From the IMG/VR virus record IMGVR_UViG_3300035088_000004, positions 473 through 64,472 of that record: 64,000 nt of DNA; one strand, given 5' to 3'. This stretch comes from a virus (Duplodnaviria; Caudoviricetes). Numbering within the stretch: the stretch's first letter is position 1; the number at the start of each line of letters is the position of its first letter. The notes under the pieces are model-generated. The model was not told the DNA's origin and did not search any database. It was given only the letters and a program-made list of their open reading frames with translations. Both the position numbers and the translations under genes were made by a program. Shown piece after piece: positions 45,757 to 55,542 of this stretch.

Positions 45757-46189
45757 AGGTTTCGAGGTCCGCAACCTCCACCTCCCCGGTCCCAACACCG
45801 ACTGCAACCTTGCGAGCGAAGTATTTATGCATCCCGTAGTTGTAGAGGGGCCAGAAGTCCAGTCCGGTGTCATCCGGTCCCATCTCACCCAGCAATGGAT
45901 CAGGGTTCAACACCAACTTCGGCGATTCGACCATCGCGACGAGTAGATCACGCGCAACGGCAACCAGATCGTCATCGGAGATATGCTCAGCCATTTCCTT
46001 GTGGAACTCTTCATCCGTCTGCCCCGGCTTGCGCTTGGGTAAGTCACCGTCACCACTAAACGTGCGAGGCGAGCGGCCCAGGCGCAGGGTAAACTCCGGC
46101 CCCGGCGGTCGCAGCAGCACCTCCTGACCCGACGGGCAAGTCCACTTCTCCGACCGTCTCGGCTTCCAGCCATTTCCATTGTTTGACAT
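45644..46189 (-). CDS. Tail assembly chaperone
   Basis: CPSGQEVLLR; position between tail tube and tape measure genes. Confidence 0.75.
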   Translation of the reverse strand: MSNNGNGWKPRRSEKWTCPSGQEVLLRPPGPEFTLRLGRSPRTFSGDGDLPKRKPGQTDEEFHKEMAEHISDDDLVAVARDLLVAMVESPKLVLNPDPLLGEMGPDDTGLDFWPLYNYGMHKYFARKVAVGVGTGEVEVADLETFPEESGVSGDGVDGVHVPVAEPESKDADQGLVSGAGA

Positions 46190-46441
46190 AAACGACTCCT
46201 ATCAATTTGATGATGACCGTTGAGCAGGACGCTCGATGAAGTTGGGCCAGCGGGTGGCGTAACAGAGTGAAGGATTAAACTATAAATCAGTTGCAGGGTG
46301 CGTGTCTATAGTGGGATGTGGGATAATCGGCGGCATGGACAACCATCAGCACACCCCAATTGACGTTTACTCCGAGCGTTTTATCGATCCTATCATGGTA
46401 CTGTGTTCATCATGCGGAACACTTCTCGGTGCGACCTGACT

Positions 46442-46654
46442 ATGATCAATGAATCAATCAGCAAAGTGACAATTACCTCATGGCTGTTCTACGGCGCGAC
46501 TATTCGCATGACGCAGGTATTGAACGGACATGACGAGGTGATAAGGGGATACTTGCGATTATGTTTGCCGTTTGGATTGCGAATCCCGCCTCTCTACTTA
46601 GCCGCAATCTGCTACCGAATACGACAATGCATTTATGGACCTGTGATGTTCTGA
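46442..46654 (+). CDS. Hypothetical protein antisense to the tail operon (moron-like)
   Basis: ORF in a 500-bp gap; preceded by a 34-aa ORF at 46335. Confidence 0.4.
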   Translation: MINESISKVTITSWLFYGATIRMTQVLNGHDEVIRGYLRLCLPFGLRIPPLYLAAICYRIRQCIYGPVMF

Positions 46655-46703
46655 CCAGCAGCGAGAGAGACCGAAGTGAGGCTCCAGCGTAAAAGTTAAA
46701 TCA

Positions 46704-47303
46704 TCAGATCTGTTTCCAGGCGTTCCCAAGTTGATCGACGGCTGCGCGGGTAGTGATACCATACCCTTTAAATGCAACCGGGTTATTGCCCAGCCCTTTA
46801 CGCTTCACCTGATTTGCAATCCCGGCGTCATTCACCGCCTTGTACAGATTGTAAATCATAAACTTGGTTGCGTCGGCTTTCGTCGGGAAGATCAACGCCA
46901 CGCCAAGATAAGTGATAGTTGTAATGCCAAGCGTGATCTGCTCATAGCCTGCCGCCGTGCTGTAAGTGCCAAAACCGGATACAAGATGCTGCAAGACGCC
47001 AGTAACATCCTGTGTCTGAGCGAGGTTTGCAGCGAGTCCCACGTCGAGGTCTGTGACGATCGTTTCAACGGGCACCAGCACTTCATCAAGTTTCTGATCT
47101 TCCGTAGTCTTCTTTGCCGTCCACTCCCAGCCATCAGTAGTGTGACCGAGATGCTTGGCCGATGGATTGGCGGTAGCATCCGGCGTGCCGTCAGTAAAGA
47201 GGGAGATACGCGACCCTGCGCCGGGAGTAGCCAAACCAACCCAAAACCAGCCGTAACCGGAAGAGATTTTAGTTGCGTCAAAGTTCAGTGCTGTGCCTGC
47301 CAT
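46704..47303 (-). CDS. Major tail tube protein
   Basis: HLGHTTDG motif, size and position. Confidence 0.8.
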   Translation of the reverse strand: MAGTALNFDATKISSGYGWFWVGLATPGAGSRISLFTDGTPDATANPSAKHLGHTTDGWEWTAKKTTEDQKLDEVLVPVETIVTDLDVGLAANLAQTQDVTGVLQHLVSGFGTYSTAAGYEQITLGITTITYLGVALIFPTKADATKFMIYNLYKAVNDAGIANQVKRKGLGNNPVAFKGYGITTRAAVDQLGNAWKQI

Positions 47304-47309
47304 AGTAGG

Positions 47310-47729
47310 TTAGCCTTTCTTGAGCCGCTCCAGCGCCTCACCGACTGCGTTGATTAAGTTGTCCTGATGTTGAGCCGCTTGCTGATGGTGGTGCTTGCCG
47401 TAGGGATCAAGCTCGCTGCCGTCCGTGAAGTCAATCCCGCTCTCTGCCGACTTCTTATGCGCCTTGGCTGAATGCTCGAGACTGCGAATGTCGAGCGTTT
47501 GATTAAGATCGACATTGCCAAAGCCTCCAGCTCGTGCCACATCCTCGAAAATCTTCTTGGCCACCTGCTCATCGCCCGTTTCATTGAACAACTGGCGATA
47601 GGTGACTGCCGCACGTTCACCCGTCACCGGATCAATCCCCGGTGCAGTGCCTTTCTCTTTAGCCAGCCGCTTACTGGCTGCAAACTGTGAATTGACTTCC
47701 GGGTCTGTTAGGTCTTTAGCATCTGCCAT
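47310..47729 (-). CDS. Hypothetical virion-operon protein
   Basis: ORF chain. Confidence 0.7.
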   Translation of the reverse strand: MADAKDLTDPEVNSQFAASKRLAKEKGTAPGIDPVTGERAAVTYRQLFNETGDEQVAKKIFEDVARAGGFGNVDLNQTLDIRSLEHSAKAHKKSAESGIDFTDGSELDPYGKHHHQQAAQHQDNLINAVGEALERLKKG

Positions 47730-48241
47730 TACGTTTCTCCAAACCTTACTTTGATTTCAAACTGCACTGGCGCTGTAAACCCACCATCCTTTTTAACCCC
47801 GTGGCCGAAGTGCTGATCGTTGATGGTTAGTGCGTGCTCCAGTCGATCGGCAACTGGTGGGAGGCATTCGAGAATCCCGCGCCTGACCACCGCTCGAAAT
47901 GCCCGCGTGTACTTCTCAGCTTTTCTTAACACGGCGGCTATGGTCGTGTCATCAACTACAATCGCCGCCGCCACTGTCAACTCCTGCTCCAGCCACTCGC
48001 CCGAGTCGGAGTCAGCTGATGACATTCGCTCAAGGGATAAACTCAGCAGCGGGTAGCGAAACTCTCCCGGTTTGCCTCGCACCATCGCGGCGAAGTCGGG
48101 TAGATTGTCCGTCAGCACCCCGCCGTGGTCCAACTGGTCGAAGAAGTCCAACGCTGGTTTCATGTCGCGATGGACGACGATCATCAACTTATCAATGAAC
48201 TGCGATTGCCCTGATTCGACGTACTCGGGTGTCCATGTCAC
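47729..48241 (-). CDS. Probable tail terminator
   Basis: Position; YPLLSL beta/alpha pattern. Confidence 0.6.
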   Translation of the reverse strand: MTWTPEYVESGQSQFIDKLMIVVHRDMKPALDFFDQLDHGGVLTDNLPDFAAMVRGKPGEFRYPLLSLSLERMSSADSDSGEWLEQELTVAAAIVVDDTTIAAVLRKAEKYTRAFRAVVRRGILECLPPVADRLEHALTINDQHFGHGVKKDGGFTAPVQFEIKVRFGET

Positions 48242-48697
48242 TTAGCTGAACGCTCCTGTAACTACCTGCATCAGGTAATCCCCAGCGATGGACTCGTACC
48301 TGCCAATATCCGGCGGGGCAAATGGATCACGCGCTGGCATACGGGAGGTTCCTGTCCGGTGCAGTCCCGCCTTGAAATCGCTGGTTCCAAACTCAGCGGC
48401 GAGGTCGCTCACATGATGAATGTTGCCTGCTGCACCCTGTTCCGTCAGCGACTTGAACAGCGCGTCTGTCGCTCGTAGCAGCGGCTTGCTACCAAATTGC
48501 TGTTGCTTTCTTACTGCATACGCCGGAGTCAACCCAACCCACGGTTCACTGGCAAACCACGCGACTTCCTGCGAGTAGAACTCTTTGCCCAGCAATTCAA
48601 ACAACGGGCGCAGGCTGGATAGCGCGTTGTCAATTCGCGCCAGCCCGCCGAGCGCCTGATCCAATCCAACAACCTGATGAGTCTGTTCGATCATCAC
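48242..48697 (-). CDS. Virion morphogenesis/tail completion protein (Mu gpG-like)
   Basis: WVGLTPAY...LLRATDALFKSL...H.TGTSRMPARDPF. Confidence 0.75.
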   Translation of the reverse strand: MMIEQTHQVVGLDQALGGLARIDNALSSLRPLFELLGKEFYSQEVAWFASEPWVGLTPAYAVRKQQQFGSKPLLRATDALFKSLTEQGAAGNIHHVSDLAAEFGTSDFKAGLHRTGTSRMPARDPFAPPDIGRYESIAGDYLMQVVTGAFS

Positions 48698-48702
48698 GAT
48701 TC

Positions 48703-48800
48703 AGGCGGGGCATCAGCAGGAGCTTGAAACCTGCCCCTACGGAGGTCCAACCTGTCTCGCAACAGATCCGCTCCGCATGTGCCTCTACACCATTGCCCCA
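48703..48800 (-). ncRNA. tRNA-derived RNA with a hairpin inserted in the anticodon loop
   Basis: GGGGCA/TGCCCC; D stem GTGT/ACAT; CGGAG/CTCCG; GCAGG-TTTCAAGCT-CCTGC. Confidence 0.65.
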
Positions 48801-48815
48801 TAGAATAATAATCAA

Positions 48816-49229
48816 TCATTGATAGCCTTGTATCACTAACACAGCATTCAACTCCAGCAACGGACTAACGCTATCTTCATCGATCACCGGCCTCTCAAAC
48901 ACCAGCACCGGCGTCCGACCACGCGCCTTGACTCGTAGTTGGTGACGCGGGGTGATTGCTACGTTGACCGCCGTTCGTGCCATCCGCAGGCGATGTGATG
49001 CAATGTACGACTCACCACCAACCGTCATCTCTTTCCCTTTACCCAGCCCTTTGTACGTGATGCCAACGTTAGTAGCCACCGGCGTTGGATTCAGCGTCAC
49101 CGAATCACCCGCTGCACCACCATCAACAAACAACGGCGCGTAGATGTCGCATTCGTCAAAGAGGATCTCATTGCCTTCTATCGCAAGTTCGTTCCTGACT
49201 TCCTCAATCGCTTCAGCAAGGTCGTTCAT
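48816..49229 (-). CDS. Head closure (stopper) protein
   Basis: Position and beta-rich pattern; start uncertain. Confidence 0.6.
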   Translation of the reverse strand: MNDLAEAIEEVRNELAIEGNEILFDECDIYAPLFVDGGAAGDSVTLNPTPVATNVGITYKGLGKGKEMTVGGESYIASHRLRMARTAVNVAITPRHQLRVKARGRTPVLVFERPVIDEDSVSPLLELNAVLVIQGYQ

Positions 49230-49234
49230 ACCCG

Positions 49235-49555
49235 TCAATCGCAAACGCTGTTATCAAACCCGATGCCAACCGGAATGTAGAAAATACCACCTGATCCGGC
49301 ATCGGAAACTGGTAGATCCAGCCGTCGTCTGACCCGGCGAATCAGTGCTCGTCGATCTCGCTTCTTATTGAGATCAACTCCCCCGCCGGTGTAAATCAGG
49401 TGCTTGTTCTTCACCACGTCCCACAGGTCGATGTCATCCACCATCGCCGCTTCCTGTGCCGCATTCATCTCCGCGCAGAGGGATTCGACGGTAGCGAACG
49501 TCTTGTCTCCTACCATCTCCCGAACGGATTCGATCTGTGCGGGTGAAAGGGCCAT
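49235..49555 (-). CDS. Head-tail adaptor-like protein
   Basis: Helical, 106 aa, after capsid genes. Confidence 0.6.
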   Translation of the reverse strand: MALSPAQIESVREMVGDKTFATVESLCAEMNAAQEAAMVDDIDLWDVVKNKHLIYTGGGVDLNKKRDRRALIRRVRRRLDLPVSDAGSGGIFYIPVGIGFDNSVCD

Positions 49556-49735
49556 CTACTTTTTATCAACCTTCGTTTCCGGCGTCGGCTTGTCTTTCAG
49601 CACACCACCAACAGTGTAATTCTGATTCGGCGTTGGATCAGGCACGCTGCCCGCAAATCCCTGATCAGTCTCCTTGTCAACCTGTTTCTGCACTTCCTGT
49701 GCACCGAGATCGTCATCAGCCTTCTTAGTCGTCAT
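49556..49735 (-). CDS. Small capsid-operon protein (59 aa)
   Basis: Manual ORF MTTKKADDDLG...PDPTPNQNYTVGGV; SD GGGAG. Confidence 0.65.
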   Translation of the reverse strand: MTTKKADDDLGAQEVQKQVDKETDQGFAGSVPDPTPNQNYTVGGVLKDKPTPETKVDKK

Positions 49736-49903
49736 AGCTTGTGTCTCCCTTTGGTCCCTTGATTGCCGGTTTAGTCTTCAGGCAAAGCTGCCGCCGCGCG
49801 TAGTCATCGCCTTTCAACTTCCGCGCAAGAGTTTGTTGGAACTCCTGCCGCCGCTCGCACTGCCTGCGATATTCAGCCGCTCGCTGGTCTTCGTCGGTCA
49901 CTG

Positions 49904-50320
49904 TTACGACCCTGCTGTACGGCTGATGTCAATCTGCACCGTGCCGCCGGGATCAACAACTCCAGTGCCGGTTGCGGTGGAGACGAATGCGAGCACGTCA
50001 CCGGCTGCGATGGTCGTCGCACCTGAAACAACTGATAAGGTGAACGCCTTCTCGTCGAACGCAACGAGATTGACGCCGGTGGTTAGAGCCAGTGTGCCAA
50101 TCACCGTCGTTCCAGCACCGGATTGACCCTTGTTGACGACGGTAAAAGTCCGCGCGTTGGTGTTGTCACCCGTAGCCGCCGCGTCGGGTGTGTAGCTAAT
50201 ACCCGTCACCGTGCCCGCAACCGGAGCCTTGCCGAGTGAAAAGGAGTCGGTGGCAGCGATTGTTGCGCCAGGAACGGTGTTTCGTAGCGATGTGACTAAA
50301 GGTGCGCCTTCGTTGGCCAT
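49904..50320 (-). CDS. Capsid decoration-like protein
   Basis: Ala/Thr/Gly beta-rich, directly after MCP. Confidence 0.65.
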   Translation of the reverse strand: MANEGAPLVTSLRNTVPGATIAATDSFSLGKAPVAGTVTGISYTPDAAATGDNTNARTFTVVNKGQSGAGTTVIGTLALTTGVNLVAFDEKAFTLSVVSGATTIAAGDVLAFVSTATGTGVVDPGGTVQIDISRTAGS

Positions 50321-50353
50321 AGTTTTATCCTTCCGTTAGTTTAGCTCGCTAGC

Positions 50354-51292
50354 TTAAGCAGGCGAACGAAGTACGCCAACCGGATAGCGGTTAGCCTCAA
50401 CCTGGTTGTCATAGCTGATCGGATTGGCAACCTGCCACGCCGCGCGGAACGTCAGGCGCATCGCAACCATGTCCTGCTGGGCCAGGTTGTAGACAATCGC
50501 TCCGGTGTTGTCCTGAATGACTGCCTGATCGAGTAGCTTGTAGGTCATGTCACGTCGGACGGCTAAGACGAACTGCGACCAGTCACCCGCGAATAGCTCG
50601 GCAGCACTCGCGCCTGTCGGCCACAACCCGTTCATAGCATAAACAATCGGCTCACCCTCAAGCGTGTTGGTGGCGATGTCGAGGAGCTTCTGACCATCCG
50701 TCGCGCGGGCGTTACGCAGAAAGCGGCGATAGGAGCGCGTGGTGACGAAGCCGTTGACATCGAACCCGTCAAGCTCCACCGTGCCCATCACGTCGGAAAT
50801 GTCGGTGGCAATCCCACCAGCAGCGGCGTTGTTGGTTCCACGAGCGACCACGTTACCGGCTGAGACGGCGTTGGCCGTGATGTCAGTGGGCCATGAACTG
50901 GGCTTGTTCACGCCGAAGAAGACTGCCGCGTCGAGTGTTCGCCCGACTGCTTCCTCCAGCTTGGGTCGAATCTCACCCCATACGTCGAAACTGGCATCCT
51001 CCAGCACCGCTTCAGGGATGGGAACGATGCAGGCGATTTCCTCGGCGTTGAGAAACTTGTTGCCCCACGCGACCTCCGTGGTCTGCTTCAGGCCCGTATC
51101 GCCGTTGACGAAGTAGGCAATCGGGAGCGCAGACAGCACCGGCATGCGTTGCTGGTTGGTGGCCATAGTCGCCCGTCGCATCAACGTCAGTGCAGCGGAT
51201 TCTTTGGTCGTGTTTTGAATTATCTCCGACGCTACATCTTCAGGGATGAGAGCCTGTGCGTCGGTACGGGAAATGATGTTGTCGTAAGCCAT
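50354..51292 (-). CDS. Major capsid protein (HK97 fold)
   Basis: ALIPEDV...AEEIACIVPIPE...GDWS...NLAQQDMVAMR. Confidence 0.92.
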   Translation of the reverse strand: MAYDNIISRTDAQALIPEDVASEIIQNTTKESAALTLMRRATMATNQQRMPVLSALPIAYFVNGDTGLKQTTEVAWGNKFLNAEEIACIVPIPEAVLEDASFDVWGEIRPKLEEAVGRTLDAAVFFGVNKPSSWPTDITANAVSAGNVVARGTNNAAAGGIATDISDVMGTVELDGFDVNGFVTTRSYRRFLRNARATDGQKLLDIATNTLEGEPIVYAMNGLWPTGASAAELFAGDWSQFVLAVRRDMTYKLLDQAVIQDNTGAIVYNLAQQDMVAMRLTFRAAWQVANPISYDNQVEANRYPVGVLRSPA

Positions 51293-51306
51293 CGCGGCTA
51301 GCTCCT

Positions 51307-51957
51307 TTAGGAGTTATAGCCAGCCTGTTGACGGATCATCGTGTTCATGTCGAACTTTGCGGGCTGTCCATTGCCCTCTCCGCCATTAGCTGAGCCTGTG
51401 CGTTTGGCCTGCTCTGCCTTGAGAGATGGCATGTAGTCCGCCCAATTCTTTTCGGCGTACTGCTCCAGCGGAGTTTCCTTGTCTCCGTCCTTCACGTAAG
51501 CGACTTTGCGCTTGTCGCGACCCTCTTCTTTGACGATGAACTGGAGATTGCCCCCAGCGGCCTTAACCCGATCTTCGAGGATCTTGAACTTCAGCTTACT
51601 ACCGCCAATTCCAACATCTGCGACCTCGCGCAGTGTGTCTCGAAGCTTCAATCCCTTGTTTTCGTCTTCGAGGGTTGGGTAGGCGTCGATACGATCCTTT
51701 AGCTCCTTCGGTGTGCCCAACGCTTTGTAGGCTTCATAGGCTTTAGCATCGTCTCCGGTGAGAATGACCGCACCTTCAGCAGGTAGCTTCCCCTGCAAGG
51801 TGGTCAACTGCTCACCCAACTGGCGCTTCGCCTCTCGTAGTTGAAAGTTTTCATCAAACAACTGGGTAGCGAAGGCCATTGCGTCACCATTCATCTTAGT
51901 CAGGCGACTTTGGAATGCTTGAGTTGGGTCCACTTGGCCGGGATCGTCTGCTGCCAT
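51307..51957 (-). CDS. Capsid scaffolding protein
   Basis: Coiled coil ending ...DMNTMIRQQAG, directly before MCP. Confidence 0.75.
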   Translation of the reverse strand: MAADDPGQVDPTQAFQSRLTKMNGDAMAFATQLFDENFQLREAKRQLGEQLTTLQGKLPAEGAVILTGDDAKAYEAYKALGTPKELKDRIDAYPTLEDENKGLKLRDTLREVADVGIGGSKLKFKILEDRVKAAGGNLQFIVKEEGRDKRKVAYVKDGDKETPLEQYAEKNWADYMPSLKAEQAKRTGSANGGEGNGQPAKFDMNTMIRQQAGYNS

Positions 51958-52001
51958 TCATCAACCTCCGTGAGAATAAAATCACATTTTCCGCTAACTG
52001 T

Positions 52002-52499
52002 CTACATGTTTTCACTGGTGGCCGACTGCTCATACGACTGCTTACCCTTCCCCGCCACGCCACGAAACGACTGCCCGTCCATGATCAGCCGGGTCAAATC
52101 CTGTGTCACCGACTCGCATCTTTCCCTCACTTGTTCGCGAGTTGACTTGCTGAACTTCTCCGCTTCACTCTCAGGAATGAGTAACTTGAGAATATCGCGG
52201 GTGTAATCCGACAGCGGGGCAACGTACAGGTGCATTAACTCATGGACCAGTGACTCACGTTTGAAATCATCCGTCTGGTCCAACCACGATGCGTAAACAT
52301 TCATTCGTGCCCAACGATAGTCGTAGTAGGCGGTGATATCAGCAACGGTTGAGTCATTGCCCGTGTCACCCGCACACCATGCAACCCAGACGTGCGAGCA
52401 CCAGTCGGGGACAAGATAAGTGAGGGGATCGAGATAGCGATGGAGTTCAGGGAGGACAAGCGCCGGAGTCTCTTCGTAAAAGCGAATCTTGCTGCTCAT
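52002..52499 (-). CDS. HExxH zinc metallopeptidase-like protein
   Basis: ESLVHELMHL...CESVTQ. Confidence 0.7.
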   Translation of the reverse strand: MSSKIRFYEETPALVLPELHRYLDPLTYLVPDWCSHVWVAWCAGDTGNDSTVADITAYYDYRWARMNVYASWLDQTDDFKRESLVHELMHLYVAPLSDYTRDILKLLIPESEAEKFSKSTREQVRERCESVTQDLTRLIMDGQSFRGVAGKGKQSYEQSATSENM

Positions 52500-52783
52500 T
52501 GGGCCGTGTCCGTGTCCGCTCGTGCAAACAGTCTCACCAACTCACGTACCTTGCCCCGATCACCTTCAGCAACTTCAAACACCACGCCGCGTTTCATCTC
52601 ACGAAAGAAGGCGATGGGCTCAGTTGTGTCACGCAACTTCCACAGCAGCCGCTGGATGATGAAGTCGCATTCGGCATCGGTGAGGGTTGATTGGTCCATC
52701 GCTTCCTTATCCGGCTCACAATCAGGACAGGAACCGTTGGGACCAAATGAAGTATGTGGTGCTGTTCGCGTCTTAGTTTTCAT
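52496..52783 (-). CDS. Hypothetical protein
   Basis: Coupled ORF. Confidence 0.6.
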   Translation of the reverse strand: MKTKTRTAPHTSFGPNGSCPDCEPDKEAMDQSTLTDAECDFIIQRLLWKLRDTTEPIAFFREMKRGVVFEVAEGDRGKVRELVRLFARADTDTAQ

Positions 52784-54111
52784 TACGTGTTAGCACCCAT
52801 CGGCGGCTGAATCGGCGGCTTGGCAGCAACCACCTTCGCACGCTCCTCGGTAAACTTCGCCACTTCACTATCAGAATAACCCAACTCCTTCTGCACTGTC
52901 TCCAGATCTATCCCCAGCCCATCAACCTTCTTCACCGCGTTGTCGATCTCGTTAGCCTCGTTGCGTGGCGTAGTATCAATCCACACCGGTTCAGGTTCAG
53001 TTTCTTTGATACCGACAATCTCCAACGCAAACCGCATCACATCCGACCAGACCATACCCCAAGCGTCTTGACGATCTTCTACCTTAGCCAGCATTGGACC
53101 ATCAGCGGTCTTCATCGACTCGCCTGATGGTGGTGTGCCCTCCAGTGTAAAGTAGTGCAGCGGCGTACGTGACACTCGTGCAATCTCTTTCCGAAAGTCG
53201 TTAATGACGGTGACGAACTGGTTAAGGTCGCCGGTTGGGAATGCGCCGAACGATGCTTTGTCACTAGTCGTGCCCCACACCCCGCCAGCCATTAGCTTGT
53301 ACTTCTTCGCCGCCGTCTCTTCGTCCATCTCCTCCAGCCCTATGGCCCACCGTTGCGGGATACCGTAGAATTCCGAGCCCACCAACATATCGGCAATGGA
53401 CTTGTTCAGCGCGTTCTGCAACGGAATAGGCTCAGCTAACTCGCTCTTGCCTAACTGGCCCACGCTGGTGCGATTGCCAAAGTGGAAGACGGGAACTTTG
53501 TCATAGGGATTGTCCAACGGCCAGCCGGGATCGCCGTCATCCTGATGCTGGATGAATAGTTTCTGATTAGTGGACAGTCCGGCTTGAGTGCGACTACGCG
53601 TGACGTACTTTTCAATCCGATCGCGATAGTAGAGATTGACACGAGCGAACTTGTCGGAGGTGATCCACGCCTTAGCCGCTTTGACGATGTAGCCCGGTTG
53701 CTCGTCATCGTACTGGATGACGATACGTGATGCCCGGTTCGGGTAGAGCACCGGAAAGCCGTCCCCATCGGGCCAGACGACCACATAAGCATCCCCTTCG
53801 ATAAACGAGTCGAGGTGCACCTCGCCGGATCGCTTCTTCATTCGATTGCGACGCCAGATCTCCGTGGCTTGTTCGGTTGCCTGATCGTTAGCGAGACTGA
53901 ACGAACCCAGCTTGAGTCGATCACGCGGCGTCTCGACGATTACCGGCATGAGGTTGTCGGCAAAGGCTGAGAAGAGCGAACCAAAGGTACTTTTAAACTT
54001 CTCAGTTGCGAATGACAGTTGATGATCGCCGTCGTAGTAGTCACGCGCAATCTTGTAGCGATTGGCAAGGCGGGCGAATTCGGATAAGGCCCATTTGAGG
54101 TCTTCGGTCAT
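52783..54111 (-). CDS. Portal protein (SPP1 gp6-like)
   Basis: YYDGDH, GDAYVVVW, NPYDKVPVFHF, PSGES. Confidence 0.9.
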   Translation of the reverse strand: MTEDLKWALSEFARLANRYKIARDYYDGDHQLSFATEKFKSTFGSLFSAFADNLMPVIVETPRDRLKLGSFSLANDQATEQATEIWRRNRMKKRSGEVHLDSFIEGDAYVVVWPDGDGFPVLYPNRASRIVIQYDDEQPGYIVKAAKAWITSDKFARVNLYYRDRIEKYVTRSRTQAGLSTNQKLFIQHQDDGDPGWPLDNPYDKVPVFHFGNRTSVGQLGKSELAEPIPLQNALNKSIADMLVGSEFYGIPQRWAIGLEEMDEETAAKKYKLMAGGVWGTTSDKASFGAFPTGDLNQFVTVINDFRKEIARVSRTPLHYFTLEGTPPSGESMKTADGPMLAKVEDRQDAWGMVWSDVMRFALEIVGIKETEPEPVWIDTTPRNEANEIDNAVKKVDGLGIDLETVQKELGYSDSEVAKFTEERAKVVAAKPPIQPPMGANT

Positions 54112-54114
54112 TGA

Positions 54115-55542
54115 TTACCAGGAGATTAACTTAGGCTTCGGATCGGTCAACTCGTTGAATGCCCCGCTCGCTGCATCCATTTCATCATCATGCGGTAGTT
54201 CCGGCTGACCGTGCATATGATTCAACCAGCGAGTATTCCAATCGCCGCGCAGGAGCTTGACATTGCCAACGAGAGCTTGTGCCGCCAATCCTTTCGCTCG
54301 GACAATCTTATCACCTTCCGGCCTGACTCCGGCACAATCGTAGCCAGCGAGTAACTGCACGAGATGAAGATTATCACGTACACCCGACGCACCACCTTCA
54401 ATCTCCCAACGAGCCTTGCAAGTCTTCCCGTCCTGACTGGCAGTGTTCTTAATCAGGTTGTCGGCATCAGTTGGACCAATCTGCGCTGCTTGTGCGTCGA
54501 GTACGTAGTAAATCCCATGCACCTTCTTCATCTTACACCCGGCAGTGTAATCAGGATCGATGGTCTTGTTGGTCTTGGCAAGCATCTTCTTCTCAGTTGC
54601 CGCCAAGTCCCAAAACCTGACTTCTTCACCACCCGCCGGAACCGCATCAACAATCTCAAACCATGCGCGATTGAATATCTTCCCCGCCGTGGCAACAATC
54701 TTCCAGTTACCGCCAAGCAAGCGTTCGCGATCGACAAACGACAGCGCACGCAGGTTAGCCAGATACCCCGGATCTTTCTGCATGAGGATCTGATTGTCGG
54801 ATAGTTTGGCCGGGATGAAGGTTAGAGACTTCGGCTCCTCATCAGGCGAGTCACGGGTTAGCTCCTCTTTCGTATCAGCCCAAACAAGTTCATTGTCACG
54901 CCGAATGAACCAACGCACGACACCTGATCGCTCTTCAATTGGAAACCCGGTGTCCTGATCGATCCACCAGGCGATTAACTCAGCAACCCAGCTATCAGCA
55001 TCGGGGTTGACAGTCGCGCGGATGTATGGATGTACACCACAAGTCGAGCGATTACGCGAGAACATGTACCAAAACTGCGAGGCGCTGAAGTGTTCGAGTT
55101 GATCGAAGCCGATAAAGGGAACCTGCGCGCCTTGCCAGTCGTGAACGTCGAGATCGTATTGCAAGTGGGCAAACTTGAGCTTGGCTCCAGCGGGAAACTT
55201 CCATTCCAACACCGATTGACGGGGTTCAGCGTTGAGCAGTGGATAGATCTGCGCCGACTCATCCCATAGACCACCTTGATTGCGAATCTGTGGTGAAGTA
55301 CGCCGGAAGATCACGCCGCCAAACTGCGGGTTAGACATGTGCTTCAGCGGCTGCATGAGCAAGGCCCACGTTTTACCACCACCGGCAGCACCGCCGAAGA
55401 TAACTATATCTGCATCACTGGCGAGGAAGGTTTGTTGTGGGCCGGGTTGGGGGCGGGGGAGCAGGTCTTCAATGGACTGATTCACCGCTGCTGCTTGCGT
55501 CGCTCGATCGATTCGATCCGCTATCGGCCACAGATGGACCAT
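54115..55542 (-). CDS. terL: Terminase large subunit
   Basis: GGAAGGGKT, FDQLEHF, ATVNP, RFWDLAA, HDDEMDA; start may be 55542 or 55605. Confidence 0.93.
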   Translation of the reverse strand: MVHLWPIADRIDRATQAAAVNQSIEDLLPRPQPGPQQTFLASDADIVIFGGAAGGGKTWALLMQPLKHMSNPQFGGVIFRRTSPQIRNQGGLWDESAQIYPLLNAEPRQSVLEWKFPAGAKLKFAHLQYDLDVHDWQGAQVPFIGFDQLEHFSASQFWYMFSRNRSTCGVHPYIRATVNPDADSWVAELIAWWIDQDTGFPIEERSGVVRWFIRRDNELVWADTKEELTRDSPDEEPKSLTFIPAKLSDNQILMQKDPGYLANLRALSFVDRERLLGGNWKIVATAGKIFNRAWFEIVDAVPAGGEEVRFWDLAATEKKMLAKTNKTIDPDYTAGCKMKKVHGIYYVLDAQAAQIGPTDADNLIKNTASQDGKTCKARWEIEGGASGVRDNLHLVQLLAGYDCAGVRPEGDKIVRAKGLAAQALVGNVKLLRGDWNTRWLNHMHGQPELPHDDEMDAASGAFNELTDPKPKLISW

